Shown here piece after piece: positions 38,013 to 51,654 of a DNA stretch of 64,000 nt. The stretch comes from the human T2T-CHM13v2.0 reference genome, Homo sapiens, in NCBI RefSeq assembly GCF_009914755.1, contig NC_060929.1. The stretch is one strand, 5' to 3'. The notes under the pieces were generated by a model. That model had not been told where the DNA came from. It made no database searches and saw nothing but the letters and a program-made list of their open reading frames with translations. The stretch's first letter is position 1. Each line of letters opens with the position of its first letter. A program made the position numbers and the translations under genes.

Positions 38013-40402
38013 AAGGATATGAAATGGAATTATGTCTAACTGGCACTGACTCAAATGGTAGAAAAGTTGAAAATTCAAACAATCAACTTTCTGCTTCTTG
38101 AGGCCCTGAAGTTTCTATATAATAGAGAGCTGGTTTGAGAAAGTCAGTGAATTTACTGGTTGCACTGGGGGAAACTGTGTCTACAATGCTGTGGACTTGA
38201 GAAAGGGGTTAGGCTTTGGTCACAAAGAAATAGCTGGCTTGTGGTTGACCACAAGTATATTTCTTAGTCTTTTAAGTTGCATTTGGGACAGAAACATCAG
38301 ATTTCCCTCCACTTCTAGCAATTTCAGGACCTGGGGTGGAGAACCCTGACCCTGGATTCTCCCCTCTTTATTTCAGTTCTTCCTTACCCTGGTCCCTTCC
38401 TCGGAGTTGAAAACATTGTAAATTTTCTGTTGAGAGGATCCTAGAGTTGGGAGAACCCTAAGTGGCTATGTGGCAGCTTAGGAAAACACACTCGTGCCCT
38501 CCTTCTGCTTTCGCATTGGTTTTTGAATTTTAGTTAAGTGCTAAATACAAGTTATACAAACATGCAATTTTGACTTTCTACCTTGTGGTTAACAAAGCTG
38601 TAAGCAGAGACATATGAAAGCTTATTCATAATTTTAAAGCATTAGAATGCTCTTGTTGGGGCCTTGTCCCTGCAATGACAGAAGGTTCTTTTGCTTCCCT
38701 TATGATTATATCATTATTTTGAGTGGACTCAGCATTTGGAACATGTTATATTTTTATAGTGCTTTGCAGTTACTTTTATTAGTGTTTATCCTTTGTCTAA
38801 GAGTAAACTGATGTGTCAACTGACATCTCCTGCTGTATTAGTTGACTAGCTCAAGTACTCCAAACCCATCATATCTAAATCGGCAAAATAAGCAAAATAA
38901 ATAGAGGGATGGGGGAGGGAGTGGAAAAAGGGTGGGTTATGGTGGGGGAGTATTTGATTAGAAAGAAAGAAAAACTGATATCAAATTGTTTCCCTGCTGT
39001 GGAAAGGGGCACAGACACAAGAGTAGTCAATGACTGCAATTTTCTTTTGACCTCTAATGTCTGTAGGAGTGCGCTTCTTCCTCAGCACCCTGAAGAGTTC
39101 ATGGCAGCCTGGAGCTTGTAACTTGCAGTGCAGGATCCTGGATTCAGAGAGCTGATCTCCATTAAAAAGCCATTTAGCCATGTGAGGTCAATAGGCAATT
39201 TACAACCTAGACAGTCGGTTTGTTTTGAAGCCCCTGAACTTTGGTAGACTTTGCCCTCTGTATGCTTCCTCCATAAAGATCACACAGCTGGATAATAACA
39301 ACTTTTTCATCATATACAAATAGCCAATGCCATTAAGCTGCCTGTCTCTTTCTTTTATCATTTTGGTGGATAGCCCTATAAAAAAAAATTAAACCAAATA
39401 AAAAGTAATGCATCTAGATCAGTAGTACATTCTGAACATCTGGGTGAATATATTTCATTTGTGGATTCTTTATCATCAGCAATGATAACAGGAGCCTGGT
39501 TATTACCCTTATAGTCTTTCACTGAGGGTCTCACGAAGAGTTATCTGAATTCAAAAGGAAACGGGAAGAGGAGACCTGAATAATTTCCTGGCTTGCTAGC
39601 TCAGAGCATCTGTTTCATATTTAACAGAAGTTAATCTGTACACTGTAGCAACCTGGAGATATCCATTTCCAAACAAAACTAGGGTTAATGCAATAACAGG
39701 TTATAAATAGGTCATATCCCAAAACAAAGTTGATGTGAGTCATCCTTAGTGGAGTATAAGCCATTGTGTTTTACCTTCTTTAAAATTCAGTGTTTAAAAG
39801 ACTACACTGTGTCTATTAAGTGTATATATTCTGCTTAAGCTTTGGTTTTCTCTATTGCCCTATACGTAATGGGCTGGGTGGGTTGGATATAAAGACTGAA
39901 CAGCATTTTTCAGTGACCTTATAGGAAACGATGGTAAGAACAATGCACAGAGACACTGCATTTAAGAGTTTTATTTCTGAACAGTCTCCTCAAATTTCTG
40001 GTATTGGGAGATCAGATGTACCAAAGGAATTGTAGTATGTTGCTGTAACCTGAGTATAAACTGCATATGGTCAAAGAGTCTGCTTTGAAATTATTGTTTT
40101 AAACCTTACAGAGGAACCACAGATGAAGTCTTTGAACAATGACAAAAAGCACCCTGCCCACAAATATCTACCTGCTTCCATGAAGGCTTCTGCTTGCTCC
40201 TCTTGACATCTCTGACCCCATGTTTTCATCCCACCAAAGTGACTTGGAGGTTCTTAGTTGCTTTGGTTTTCTGCCTTCAAGTCACTGCTTCATGCCAATG
40301 GGGTGTGATTTGAAAAACAATCAAAGCTTTGGGAACTGGTTAAGCACTCATGAAAATCTCAATACCAACTCAATGAATAGTAAAATTAAATAGGACAAGT
40401 GA

Positions 40403-40729
40403 GGCTGGGCGTGGTGGCTCACGCCTGTAATACTAGCACTTTGGGAGGCCGAGGTGAGTGGATTACCTGAGGTTGGGACTTCAAGACCAGCCTGGCTAAC
40501 ATGATGAAACCCTGTCTCTACTAAAAATTACAAAAAATTAGTTAGGTGCAGTGGCACGTGCTTGTAATTCCAGCTATTCAGGAGGCTGAGGCAGGAGAAT
40601 CGCTTGAACCTGGGAGGTGGAGGTTGCAGTGAGCCAAGATCATGCCACTGCACTCTAGCCTGGGCTACACAACAAGACTTCATTGCAAAAAAACAAAACA
40701 AAACAAAACAAAACAAACAAAAAAAAAAA
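40403..40729 (+). mobile_element. AluS (Sx/Sz-like) with (AAAAC)n tail
   Basis: Full dimer; TSD AGGACAAGTGA at 40392-40402 and 40733-40743. Confidence 0.95.
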
Positions 40730-41559
40730 CACAGGACAAGTGACAAGTGAGCAGCTGGTAAATCAATAAAGACTAATGTGAAAAGTGATGTTTACATAAA
40801 TAGCAGCCTAATTAATCCCTTGAAATACGAATGTAAATACTTCAAGATGTTTACAACCTTGGATGTGTCAAGTCCCAGGTATTTCAAGGGCTTCCAGCAT
40901 CTTTTTCATGTTTTACCCCCAACATCTTTTAAAGCAGGAAATAAGAGAATCATTTTCTTTCTCAAGGTGGGATTTAAAACTGCGCTTAGGTCTTGCTTAG
41001 AATTGGAATACGTGTTCTTCTTGACCCAGCACAACAACTATAACTCTCCAAAAATAACAAGTTGTTTTCTGGCAGCTCCTAGAACAAAACTCAATCACAT
41101 CAGAAAGTCTCTGAAGAAAAGGCTTCAGAAGGCATTCTTGGAAATAAGCAGAAATGTACTTGATAATAAGAAAAGGAATGGAACTGGCTTAACGACATAC
41201 AACGTGTGTGTGCATATGTGTATTCCCCTTCTTCTTACACCACACCTTCTTTTAAAATTCTCAGATTCATTACACATTAATTGCCAATCTTCTATTTGTG
41301 ATGAGAATAAAGTTTGTGTGCTTTGATGTAAAAGTTTGATACTTGAACCCTAAAATTATTTAAAGAATAACATCAGCTTCAGCAGACAGATATCTTGGCA
41401 CTGTCATAATTTTAAGTTCTGTGTTTGCAACTGAAAAATTCAGAAACTGACCCATTTTGAGGTGGGAGGATAGGGTTTGCATCAAAGAAAGGTAATTATT
41501 TGCCCTCTCTCAAGTTCAGGGAGCATGCTAGACCCTACCAGAAGCATAGGTAGATAGTC

Positions 41560-41972
41560 AGAGAGGGAACTTGACTTCACCAGGCATTTTTGTGTTCTTA
41601 TTGGTACAACTGTGCATTTCCCAGACTTCTTAGATTTGCGACAACCACGTGACTAGTTCTCGTCAATGGGGTGTGGGCGGGAGTCAGGAAGGTCACCTCC
41701 GGGCCTGGCCCATAAGTTCCCTCAAAATCGTTCATGTTGTCTCTTCTCTCATCTGCCTGCAGAATACAAAAGATTAAATGGAAGGCTCTGGAGCCCTGAG
41801 GAATAGCAGTTACTAGACTGAAGGAACCTGAGTTTCTAGATTGCGATGTTGAGCAGAGTCCCTGCTAACCCAGGAAAACTCTGATGTGAGAAAGAAGAAA
41901 ACCCGGATTGCACTAACTCACCGAGATTTCGAAGTTTAGTTGTTCGGCGATGAACTTGTCCTGAACAACATA
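41560..41972 (+). mobile_element. MLT1J-like LTR
   Basis: 'gcatttcccagac...accacgtgactagttctcgtcaatgg...cacctccgggcctggccc'. Confidence 0.65.
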
Positions 41973-42014
41973 GAGGAACAGTGGGAAATACATGGAGTGT
42001 GCTTATGAGAAGCT

Positions 42015-42605
42015 ATGGTAGGCAGGATTTCAAGATGTCCTTGTGATCTCTGCCTCCTTGTGTTTCTCCCATGACTATGTCATGTTCCACAGCAAAAGGG
42101 ATTTTGCAATGTATTAAGGGTACTGAACGGTTGACCTTAAGATCGTGGGATTATCTGGGTGGGCCTAATTTCATCACATGAGTCCTGTAAAAGAAGTGAA
42201 TTTTCTCTATTTGGTAGCAGAAGAGGCAGTCAGAGACATCTGAAGTGTGAGAGGGATTCAGTGCTGAAATGGAGAAGGTCACATGGTAAGAACCTGAGAG
42301 TGGCTTCTGGTAGCTGAGAGTGATCCTTGGCAAGATAATGGAACCTTAGTCCTAGAGCCTCAAGGAAATTAATTCTGCTGACAATCTGAGGGAACTTTGA
42401 AGCAGATCTTTTCCTAGTTGAGCCTCCAAGTAAGGATTTAGCTAGCTAGCTGGTACTTTAATTTGAGCCTTATGAGTCTCTGAGCAGAGGACCCAGGGAA
42501 ATAAAGTCAGGCTCCTAATGCATGGTGATGATGACGTGATAAGTGTGTTTTGTTAAGCTACTAAGTTTGTGGTAATTTTTAATGTAGCAATAAAAAACTA
42601 ATGCA
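42015..42605 (+). mobile_element. MLT1E/D-like solo LTR
   Basis: 'ggcaggatttcaagatg', 'gattatctgggtgggcctaat', 3' 'aagctactaagtttgtggtaattt...gcaataaaaaactaatgca'. Confidence 0.8.
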
Positions 42606-43529
42606 GAGGGTGAAAAGTGCTGTGTCTAAGATATGTGGCAAAATCAGGGTTAGTCCATGCTGGTGTCACCATCCAAGGAATTGGATCTGGTGAGCAGAAT
42701 GTGGCAGCAGGAGGCAGTGTGATGGTGACAGTCACAAGGAGATGGGTTCTGGGGCTGCAGTTTGAGGGTTGAAGCAGCTGCTGTGGATTTAAGGATCTGA
42801 GAACTCAGGCACAGAAGAGGAGGTCTGGCAAAATCTGGGCAGATTTTGCCCAAGAAATGGCCTGGGGTCAGAGATTGAGTCTAAATCTCAGTGTCAAGAA
42901 CTGAAGTTCGCTTAATTCTTTTTTTTAAAGAAACTTCTCGTTTAATAAACTAGGCTGCTGATTTTGAGATATTTACTTATGATTTTTTCATGGTTCTTCA
43001 GAATTATCTCAGAGGGGTCTGAGAGGCTGAGCAGACATAGCCTTGGTGACCCATTTCTGTTTTAGCCAGGGCAGCCCTGCATGTAGGTATTTATATTTAG
43101 GGTTCCATATGACACTGCTCTTGGAAAAAGACCTTCATTACTAAGACTGTTAGAAAATGCCTAATTTAGGGAAAAGCCAAGTATCTTTGGGAAAATGTGG
43201 GGGCTTCTGCTACATAAGGAAGCAAGGCTAACTCTAGACCCCACAAGAGAGGGCTTGGTTCTCATTGGTTCAGGTTCTGGCTGGAATGAGACTGAAGGAT
43301 AAAATACCCTAGGCAAGGCTGGGCAATCAAGGACTGGACAAGATCTTGCTTGGCTTTAAAGGATCCCCTACACAATCCTCAGAGATGGAAGCACAATAGA
43401 TAAGGATATGTAAAAATATTATGTACAATACACATTATACATATATATATACACATATATGTATATGTATAAAACATGGATTTCCTGACCTGCTCATCTA
43501 ATCTGGCTCATTTTGTGTCAATTCCAGTG

Positions 43530-43645
43530 TCTTCATTTCTAATAAATATTTATTAAATACCTGTGTGTGCCAGGCCTTGAACTTAGACCTGGGGATCCAG
43601 AAGTAAGAACAAGAAGGGAGAGAGAGGGAAACAAGACAATACATG
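43530..43645 (-). mobile_element. L2 3' end fragment
   Basis: 'aataaatatttattaaatacctgtgtgtgccaggc'. Confidence 0.6.
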
Positions 43646-44568
43646 ATCACATCAGGTTCAGACAAGAAAACAAGTTTGACTTTCTGATTGTGGCAATTCC
43701 ATGGGAAAGGAGCAATGCGATCTCCAGTTTGACACAGGGCTGCTATGCAGGAACAGCACCCTGGAGTGACCAAAAATAAAGGCAGCAAGCACCTGGAAGC
43801 CCAGGCCTCTGTCTTTTAACTCAGTTAATGAGATCTTTGGCATAACCATGTATACACATGAAATTTTCTCCTCCTCAGTCTCTAATTGTACCAATTTAGT
43901 TGCCATTAAGATTATTAGCATAATTCTACTTTAATTACTGACAACTGTACCTGGTGCAATGAGTGAACCTCCTGGGCAACTTCCTGAAAAGCACAGTTGC
44001 TCCATCACTGCTGGGTAATGGTGATCATAAGCTTTGCCAAGCAGAGAGACAAAGCGACACTCTGCCGACGCAGCCTCACTTGCAGTCTTCACCTCCCAGC
44101 AGCACCATCATGCTATTGACCCCATCATTTTCTTGGGCTAGTTTACAGAAGCGAAGACAAAGGGAGAGAAATCCACCTGTTGAATCAGCCACTGTCTGAA
44201 CCAAGGCAACAATTCCCATTGATCTGACTCACTGCCTGGAAGAAGATGGTGGTCATCTCATCCCATTAACTGTTTCTGCAGTTTCAGGGGACAGTGTATT
44301 CTGCTTTATTGCTTCAAGTGATAAAATGGGTAGAATTTGTTACTATGCAGTGACAAGTAGCCATGAACTTAAGCAAAACCAAACGGATGGTAGGTTAAAT
44401 CATATTTGAAAAGCATATTCAAGTATAATTTTCTCTTTTCGGAGGCAAAAGACCCAGGTCTTAATGGAGGAAGAGCTATTTTTAGCTTATCATGTGTCCA
44501 GGTGTTCAATGATTTGAAATCTTATATCAGGCTTTGTTTCTGAATTAGTCTACTTCCCCCTGATTACA

Positions 44569-45068
44569 GTGTTTTAGTTATTTATTGCGGCATAACAAAC
44601 CACCTCAAAACTTAGTACCTTAACACAATAATTTGATATTATCTCTTAGCTCTTGCTTGGAGGTCTCCCATGTGGTCACCTTCAGTTGTCAGGTATGGCT
44701 GGAGCCATCTGAAGGCTTGACTGGGCCAGATGTCCAGATGGTTTCTACATTCACAGGTCTGGTACTCGGGTGAGTATAACTGAACAATTGAGCTTAGCTG
44801 AAACTGTTGACTTGAGTGTCTACACATGCCCTTCTCAGCTTGTGGTCTCAGTGTGCTCAGGCTTCTCACGCAGCAACTCAAGGCTCCAGGCAGGAGTTGC
44901 CAAGTCTCTTTTAATCAAATGTCAGAAGTCAGGTAGTGTTATTCCCTGCACATTCTATTAAGTGAGTCACAGAACTAGCCCTGGTTCAGGAGGAGAGAAC
45001 TGCAAAAGGGCATGAACGTGGGAGACATGATTCATTGAAAGGAGACACCTTTGCAAAGTAGCTATCAT
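44569..45068 (-). mobile_element. MLT1G/H-like LTR
   Basis: 'tttattgcggcataacaaaccacctcaaaacttagt', 'gccatctgaaggcttgactggg'. Confidence 0.75.
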
Positions 45069-45999
45069 ATTAGCATCTTTAGCATTTTATATGAACTCAG
45101 GTAAAAACCTGAGGGATTGTAACATCCCCAAACTTTATTGCGAGTAAGCTGATTATGAGGGTCATTTAGTATAAAGTGCCCATGCTAGCTGAAACCTCTC
45201 TTAATGAAACTGACTAAACTTTGTCTGTCAAGCTTATGAACTTTACTATTTCTGGTTGAGCCCCTACCTTCTAGGAAAGTAGACAATTTATTCTGAATTG
45301 GAAAAATTTTATCTGTATTTTACTTGAGCAACTTTTTCAACAATAAAATCCCGATGATAATTTTTAAAAATAAAGAGCCAAGAGAATCACAATTTCCTAT
45401 GGCTACACTAGTGACTTCAGATTTGACTTTGCCAGTTTGTCAAACTACAAATGTTAAGGAGGGCCTCGTGTATGGTAAGCAGCCCCTCTGTGAGGTGCTT
45501 GGGAGGAAGAAAGGACACTTAAACATGGTTCCCGTCCTGGATGAGCAGGCAAGTCCTGAACCCAAAACTTAGGAGTAAGGATTTCTCTGGCAGCCTAAAA
45601 TTTAGTTGAAAAAGCAAAACATTGCATATACAGAAGAATAGAGTAAAAATTGCTACATAGTGGAGTACATGTAGATTTTATGGCTTTCCAATTATTTTTC
45701 AACTTTCAGTTTTATATGGGAAATAAGCTTATTGGATTTTTTTTCTAGTTGTTGCTGTTTCTGTCTCTCAAGATAACTTTTAGGATAAAGCATTTGTCCT
45801 TGACATCTTCATTTATAATCCGGTTGAGTTCTGGTGTGTAGCCAAGTTTATATGTAAAATTGATACCTAGAAGAAAAATAACTATTTAATGTCAGAATGA
45901 CTTGTTCTAGGCTGATGGTTGTTGACAGAACACAAAACATCCTCTGCCTACAATTTGGACAATGCCCAGAATTATTAGGCAATAACTGAATCAAAAAGA

Positions 46000-46450
46000 G
46001 AATTAAGCTCCTCCATGTGATGAGTACTGTTAGCTCCTTGGGTCACAAAAATAAGTAAGAATCAGTTCCCGCCCTCAAGAGAGTCAGCATGGAGAAAAAC
46101 ACAGGTAACACTACTAAAGTTCATGATATAAAGAGATATAAACAAAGTGCTGGAGGGAAGAATGACTTAACTAGAAGGGTCACTGATGACCTCAGAGCAT
46201 AGTAACATTTAAGCAGTTTCTTAAAGGCTCAGTAGGATATTGTCAGGCAATAAAAGAAGATTATGCCAGGCAGAGTAGATAGCATGTTTAGGAAAGGGAT
46301 GATAAAAGGACCCAGAACATGTAAAGAATAGTTAGAATCATGGGAGCTACAGTGTGAGGTGCATTTAGAACTGATGATAGAGGAGGCCAGAGAATAGGCA
46401 GGAGTCAGATGGGATATATGGTGTGTTTGCTTGATAAAAGTAGGGTTTGG
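46000..46450 (-). mobile_element. L2 fragments
   Basis: 'cagttcccgccctcaagagag', 'gccaggcagagtagatagcatg'. Confidence 0.5.
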
Positions 46451-46729
46451 GTAGTTATGGATTGACTAGAACATAGAGGCCTGAAGAGTTAGAATAAGTC
46501 CAGCTGCCAGAAAATATAACTTAGGCCAAAATTCTTCAACTGATCTCATATTGTTCCACATCTGACAGATCAGTCTAGGAGAACAAAGGACAAGCAGGAT
46601 GCAAGCACCTCTAGACAAAGGCTGAAAATGAGCACAAGATCAGGGTAAAAAACAGAAGCTCAAGAGGCAGGAAAATAAATCTGTCAGCTGCCTGCAGTCA
46701 CATGGGACTAGACCTTAAGAGGGGGAATT

Positions 46730-47029
46730 GGCTGGGCGTGGTGGCTCACGCCTGTTAATTCCAGCACTTTGGGAGACTGAGGCAGGTGAATCACCTGAGG
46801 TCAAGAGTTCGAGACCAGTCTGGCCAACGTGGTGAAACGCCGTCTCTACTAAAAATGCAAAAATTAGCTGGGCATGGTGGTGGGCACCTGTAATCCCAGC
46901 TACTCCGGAGACTGAGGTAGAGAATTGCTTGAACCCGGGAGGCGGAGATTGCAATGAGCGGAGATCGTGCCACTGCACTGTACCCTGGGCGACAGAGCGA
47001 GACTCTGTCTCAAAAAAAAAAAAAAAAAG
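46730..47029 (+). mobile_element. AluS (Sx-like)
   Basis: Full dimer and poly(A); TSD AAGAGGGGGAATT at 46717-46729 and 47030-47042. Confidence 0.95.
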
Positions 47030-47122
47030 AAGAGGGGGAATTATGTCCCTCTAAGAGGGTGGGGCTACTTGGCAGGGACTTGATCAGCCAGGAACAATCC
47101 AAGAGTCTAGGACCTAGGCATC

Positions 47123-47494
47123 TGATTTGGTTTGGCTCTGTGTCCCCACCCACATCTTATCTTGAAATGTAATCCCCACCTGTCAAGGGAGAGACCTGGT
47201 AGGAGGTGATTGGATCATGGGAGCAATTTCTCCCATGCTGTTCTTGTGATAGTGAGGGATTTCTCATGAGATCTGATGGTTTTTAAAGTGTGGCACTTCC
47301 CTGTTTGCTGACTCTCTCTCTTGCCATCTGCCACGTAAGATGTGCCTTGCTTCCCCTTCACCTTCTGCCAGGATTGTACATTTCCTGAGGCCTCCCCAGC
47401 CATGTGGAACTGTGAGTCAATTAGATTTCCTTTATTTGTAAATTACCCAATCTCAGGCAGTACCTTTATAGCAGCATGAGAATGGACTGATACA
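47123..47494 (+). mobile_element. THE1D/MSTA-type solo LTR
   Basis: TG...CA termini, 'tgatttggtttggctctgtgtccccaccc'; near-TSD GCATC/GCATT. Confidence 0.9.
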
Positions 47495-47689
47495 GCATTC
47501 AAGAGCCAATCAAGTTGATTATGTGGTGATCCAGTGAGCCCTGATTTAAAGCTCATTCATAATCCCTACATTGAAAGACTGGCTCTGAGCTATGTTCAAA
47601 GGCTAAATCTAACAAGAAAAATTAAAAACCCCAACCTTCAATGGCTAGAAGTATAAAAAGACCTATAATAAAGCCTAGTTTTTCATAGG

Positions 47690-48095
47690 CAGCTATGGTT
47701 CTCCAAGGAAGTAGAGCCAATAGGATGTGTGTATATATAGAAATTTTGTTTTAAAGAATTAGCTTATACTATTATGAAATTCAAAATCTTCAGGTAGGCT
47801 GCCAGGCTGGAGACCAGGGAACTGACCAACATCACAGTTCAAGTACAAAAACTGTCTGCTGGCAGAATTCCTTCTTACTTGGGAGAGATCTGTCTTTTGT
47901 TCTATTCAGGCCATAAGTTGATTGGACAAGGCCCATCCACATTAGCCATGCAATTTTGTTTACTTAAAGTCCACAAACATAAATGTTAATCTCACCCAAA
48001 CACATGCTTGTGGAAACATCCAGAATAGTGTTTGACCTAATATCTGGGGACTATGGTCCAGTCAAGTTGACAAGTAAAAGTAACCAATCATGACA
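47690..48095 (-). mobile_element. MLT2-type ERVL LTR
   Basis: 'ggttctccaaggaagtagagccaatagg', 'ggtccagtcaagttgacaagtaaaagtaacca'. Confidence 0.8.
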
Positions 48096-48254
48096 GGTGG
48101 AGGCTGATGGATGTAAGTAAATACTAGAGAGTTAATATTTTATAAATAAAATTTACACATGGGTAATAAAAACAGAATTTTAAAAATTTAAATTTATTTG
48201 CTGGACTGTTCATTCATCCTAAAGTCATATTTAGTAGAATATGAATTTACGTCT

Positions 48255-48330
48255 GTGTGTATGTGGTGTGTGTGTGTGTGTGTGTGTGCATGTGCATGTG
48301 CATAGGGGTGTGTGTGTGAGAGGGAGAGAG
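48255..48330. repeat. Imperfect (TG)n/(GA)n microsatellite
   Basis: TG-rich run followed by GA. Confidence 0.85.
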
Positions 48331-48619
48331 AGTAAATATTTTTGTGTGGTGTTCATAAAACTATCCTGGAGATTTATCTCTTTACTTAATTGTATCTGTT
48401 GAACCAAGATGATCAAAGTGTGGTCAGTTGATTTATTTTAGCTATCTTTAATGAGTAGTGCTAGATTTTTCTTCTGGTTGACTTGTTCAGCAATATACTA
48501 GCGAGAGTGTCAGTGCTATGTCAGCCAGTCTCATTGTGTGAAGGCATAGGCTAGAATTACACTAAGTATAATCCATGGATCAGTAGCTCAAATCACTTAT
48601 AGACCTAATCACTTCAGCT

Positions 48620-48745
48620 AAATCACTTGTAAGTTCATAAGAAAACAGAATCTTATGTCCCTCCTGACCTGTGAATTAGAACCTGCACTTCAACAAAGCC
48701 ACAGGTAATTCATATCTATGCTGAAATTTGAAAAACGTAGGTTCA
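48620..48745. mobile_element. MER5-like fragment
   Basis: 'gaattagaacctgcacttcaacaaagccacaggtaattcatat...aaatttgaaaaac'. Confidence 0.6.
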
Positions 48746-49368
48746 GAATAGCAGCCATTAAGTATATTGCTCATGTGACTGGCTCTCCAAAGCATCTTCT
48801 TTACTCACAGGAAATGAGAGAAAATACTGTGTTGCAACACCGTTTAAAAAATCAATGTAGAGCCCTACCAACCTGAGGCCTCTATTAACAAATCCATCCC
48901 ATGATGGAGGGGAGAGATCTTGAATCTGAATTACTCTAGTATTTACATCATGTAATTCACCATTTTGCTATAAACTGTATTCTGTTCTTTAACTGCTTTA
49001 TATAGATATTTTGAAACCTTTGATTTACACGTTATATGCTAGTTCAAGCTGTTCTGTTGCTCTGATCTAGCCTACAATAAAGGTCTCAATGTTTTTAACC
49101 TGGTGTACAAGGCCTTGCATAACTTATGCTGCCTTCAGATTTTCTACCATATCTTTTTTTACTATGCTTTTAAATGTTCTTTCATTATTGTTCATCCTAC
49201 ACAAACACCCTGCTACCCTCTGCCCCACACCACTTACCCTTCTGTAGTCCACCTATCCTACAGTTTTCCAGACATTCTTTCTCACTTCTCACTCTAACTA
49301 CTGTCTATTCTTATTGTGTCTGTTACAGTTTCTCTGACACTCAGGTAAAACTCCCTTTATTTTTATTT

Positions 49369-49665
49369 ATTTTATTTTATTTTTTTTGAGACTGAGTCTC
49401 GCTCTGTTGCCTAGGCTGGAGTGATGGCATAATCTCGGCTCACTGCAACCTCTGCCTACCAGGTTCAAGCAATTCTCCTGACTCAGCTTCTGGAGTATCT
49501 GGGACTACAGGTGCATGCCACCACGCCTGGCTAATTTTTGTATTTTTAGTAGAGACACGGTTTCACCATGTTGGTCAGGCTGATCTCGAACTCCTGACCT
49601 TGTGATCCACCCACCTCAGCCTCCCAAAGTGCTGGGATTACAGGCATAAGCCACCGCACCCAGCC
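49369..49665 (-). mobile_element. AluS (Sg-like), inserted in L2-like sequence
   Basis: Antisense dimer; 'ctcgaactcctgaccttgtgatcc'; TSD CTTTATTTTTATTT at 49355-49368 and 49667-49680. Confidence 0.93.
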
Positions 49666-51029
49666 TCTTTATTTTTATTTGTCCTTTGATGAACAGATGC
49701 TATCTCCTCCTATGGAATTTAAGACCTGTGAAAACAAGGGCCGAGTCTCACATTTCTCCATTCCCATCGCCTAGTACTCTGCCCACAACAGGGGCTTAAT
49801 TACCGTTTGTTTATAGTGTAGTATGGCTGTGAAGAATAGATGATTGCTTCTCCAGATACAGGCATATTATAAGGAGACCCTGAATAAAATGTAATTGTTT
49901 TAGTGGAAAAACTTTGCATGGCATAAACATTATCCAACTCATTGCCAATGACCAACTAAACAAACTCTTCCTATTAAAATAAAAAACGTCATTCTGTATT
50001 TTCTGTTACACTTTAATTCACTTCTCATTTTTATTTTGTTGAAAGGAAAGACACATGTAGTTTAAAGACATACAGTAAAATATAAAACTCTTCTTTATAA
50101 AGTTTCCCCTCAAATATATACTTTACATTTTTCATTTGATGACTTCTAATTTCCCTTTTCCTTTTCAGTTCAATATCTCTGAGTATTTTACTTCTCAATG
50201 ACACAAAACATTCACTTTCTATGAAGATCAAATTATTACATGTTTTTCTAATGGGACAAAGCGTAAAGTTTTCAAGATATGATTTTGTGATAGTTTCTTA
50301 AGGGGAAATGCTCTCTATCTAAACAGACTTAATAAAAGAAATCCTGAGATCACTTACAGACACAATACCTTTAATTTCAATGACCAAAACCAGATTATAT
50401 GATATATTGGAATTCCAGAAAACCCTCTAAAAATGTGAATTCCATTGTAATTATAAAATACTTGGAGATCACCACATGAACTGCAAACATATTCTTTTGC
50501 TTTCTCCTGTGCCAGTAGATTTAAGAAATTCATAAGGAATCTCTTCAAGGACATAATATCCTAACATTAATTTATTGAGCACACCATATTGAAACCAAAT
50601 GCTGGTGTAGCGCATGCCTTTAAACATGACCTTAAAATAACCTTGCCTGAAAATGTTCTGGGCTGTACGTGTAATGTTGTCTTGACTACGCCGCCAGCTT
50701 CCTATCTCTGAGCCTTGATTCCCTTGCCCCTCTTTTACCAGAATTCACTCTGAATCTAAAAACAGAGGAATGCAAGTCTGATCATGCCCTTCCCTTAGGA
50801 TACTGTCCACCTTTAGCAGAGTTACTAGAAACTAGACCATTTAATGTCTATCTTTTTTCAGTCCTTTAACTAGATCTCTCACCATTTCCTCTGTTATAAT
50901 CAATGATCAGCCATAGTATGAGGAACATGTTGCTATTTTGTGGACATATCATGTCGTCTTTTTTCTCCATGCCTTGGCAAAGTCCATTCTCAAACACTCC
51001 GATTCTCTCTTTACCCAATCTTTATCAAA

Positions 51030-51629
<600 letters not shown>

Positions 51630-51654
51630 TTATTTTAATTTTTTATGGTTCTCT

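Noticed and set aside
40778-41326. Longest ORF in the window (182 aa)
   Set aside because: Starts at GTG, no recognisable domain, composition typical of AT-rich non-coding DNA, no supporting exon structure
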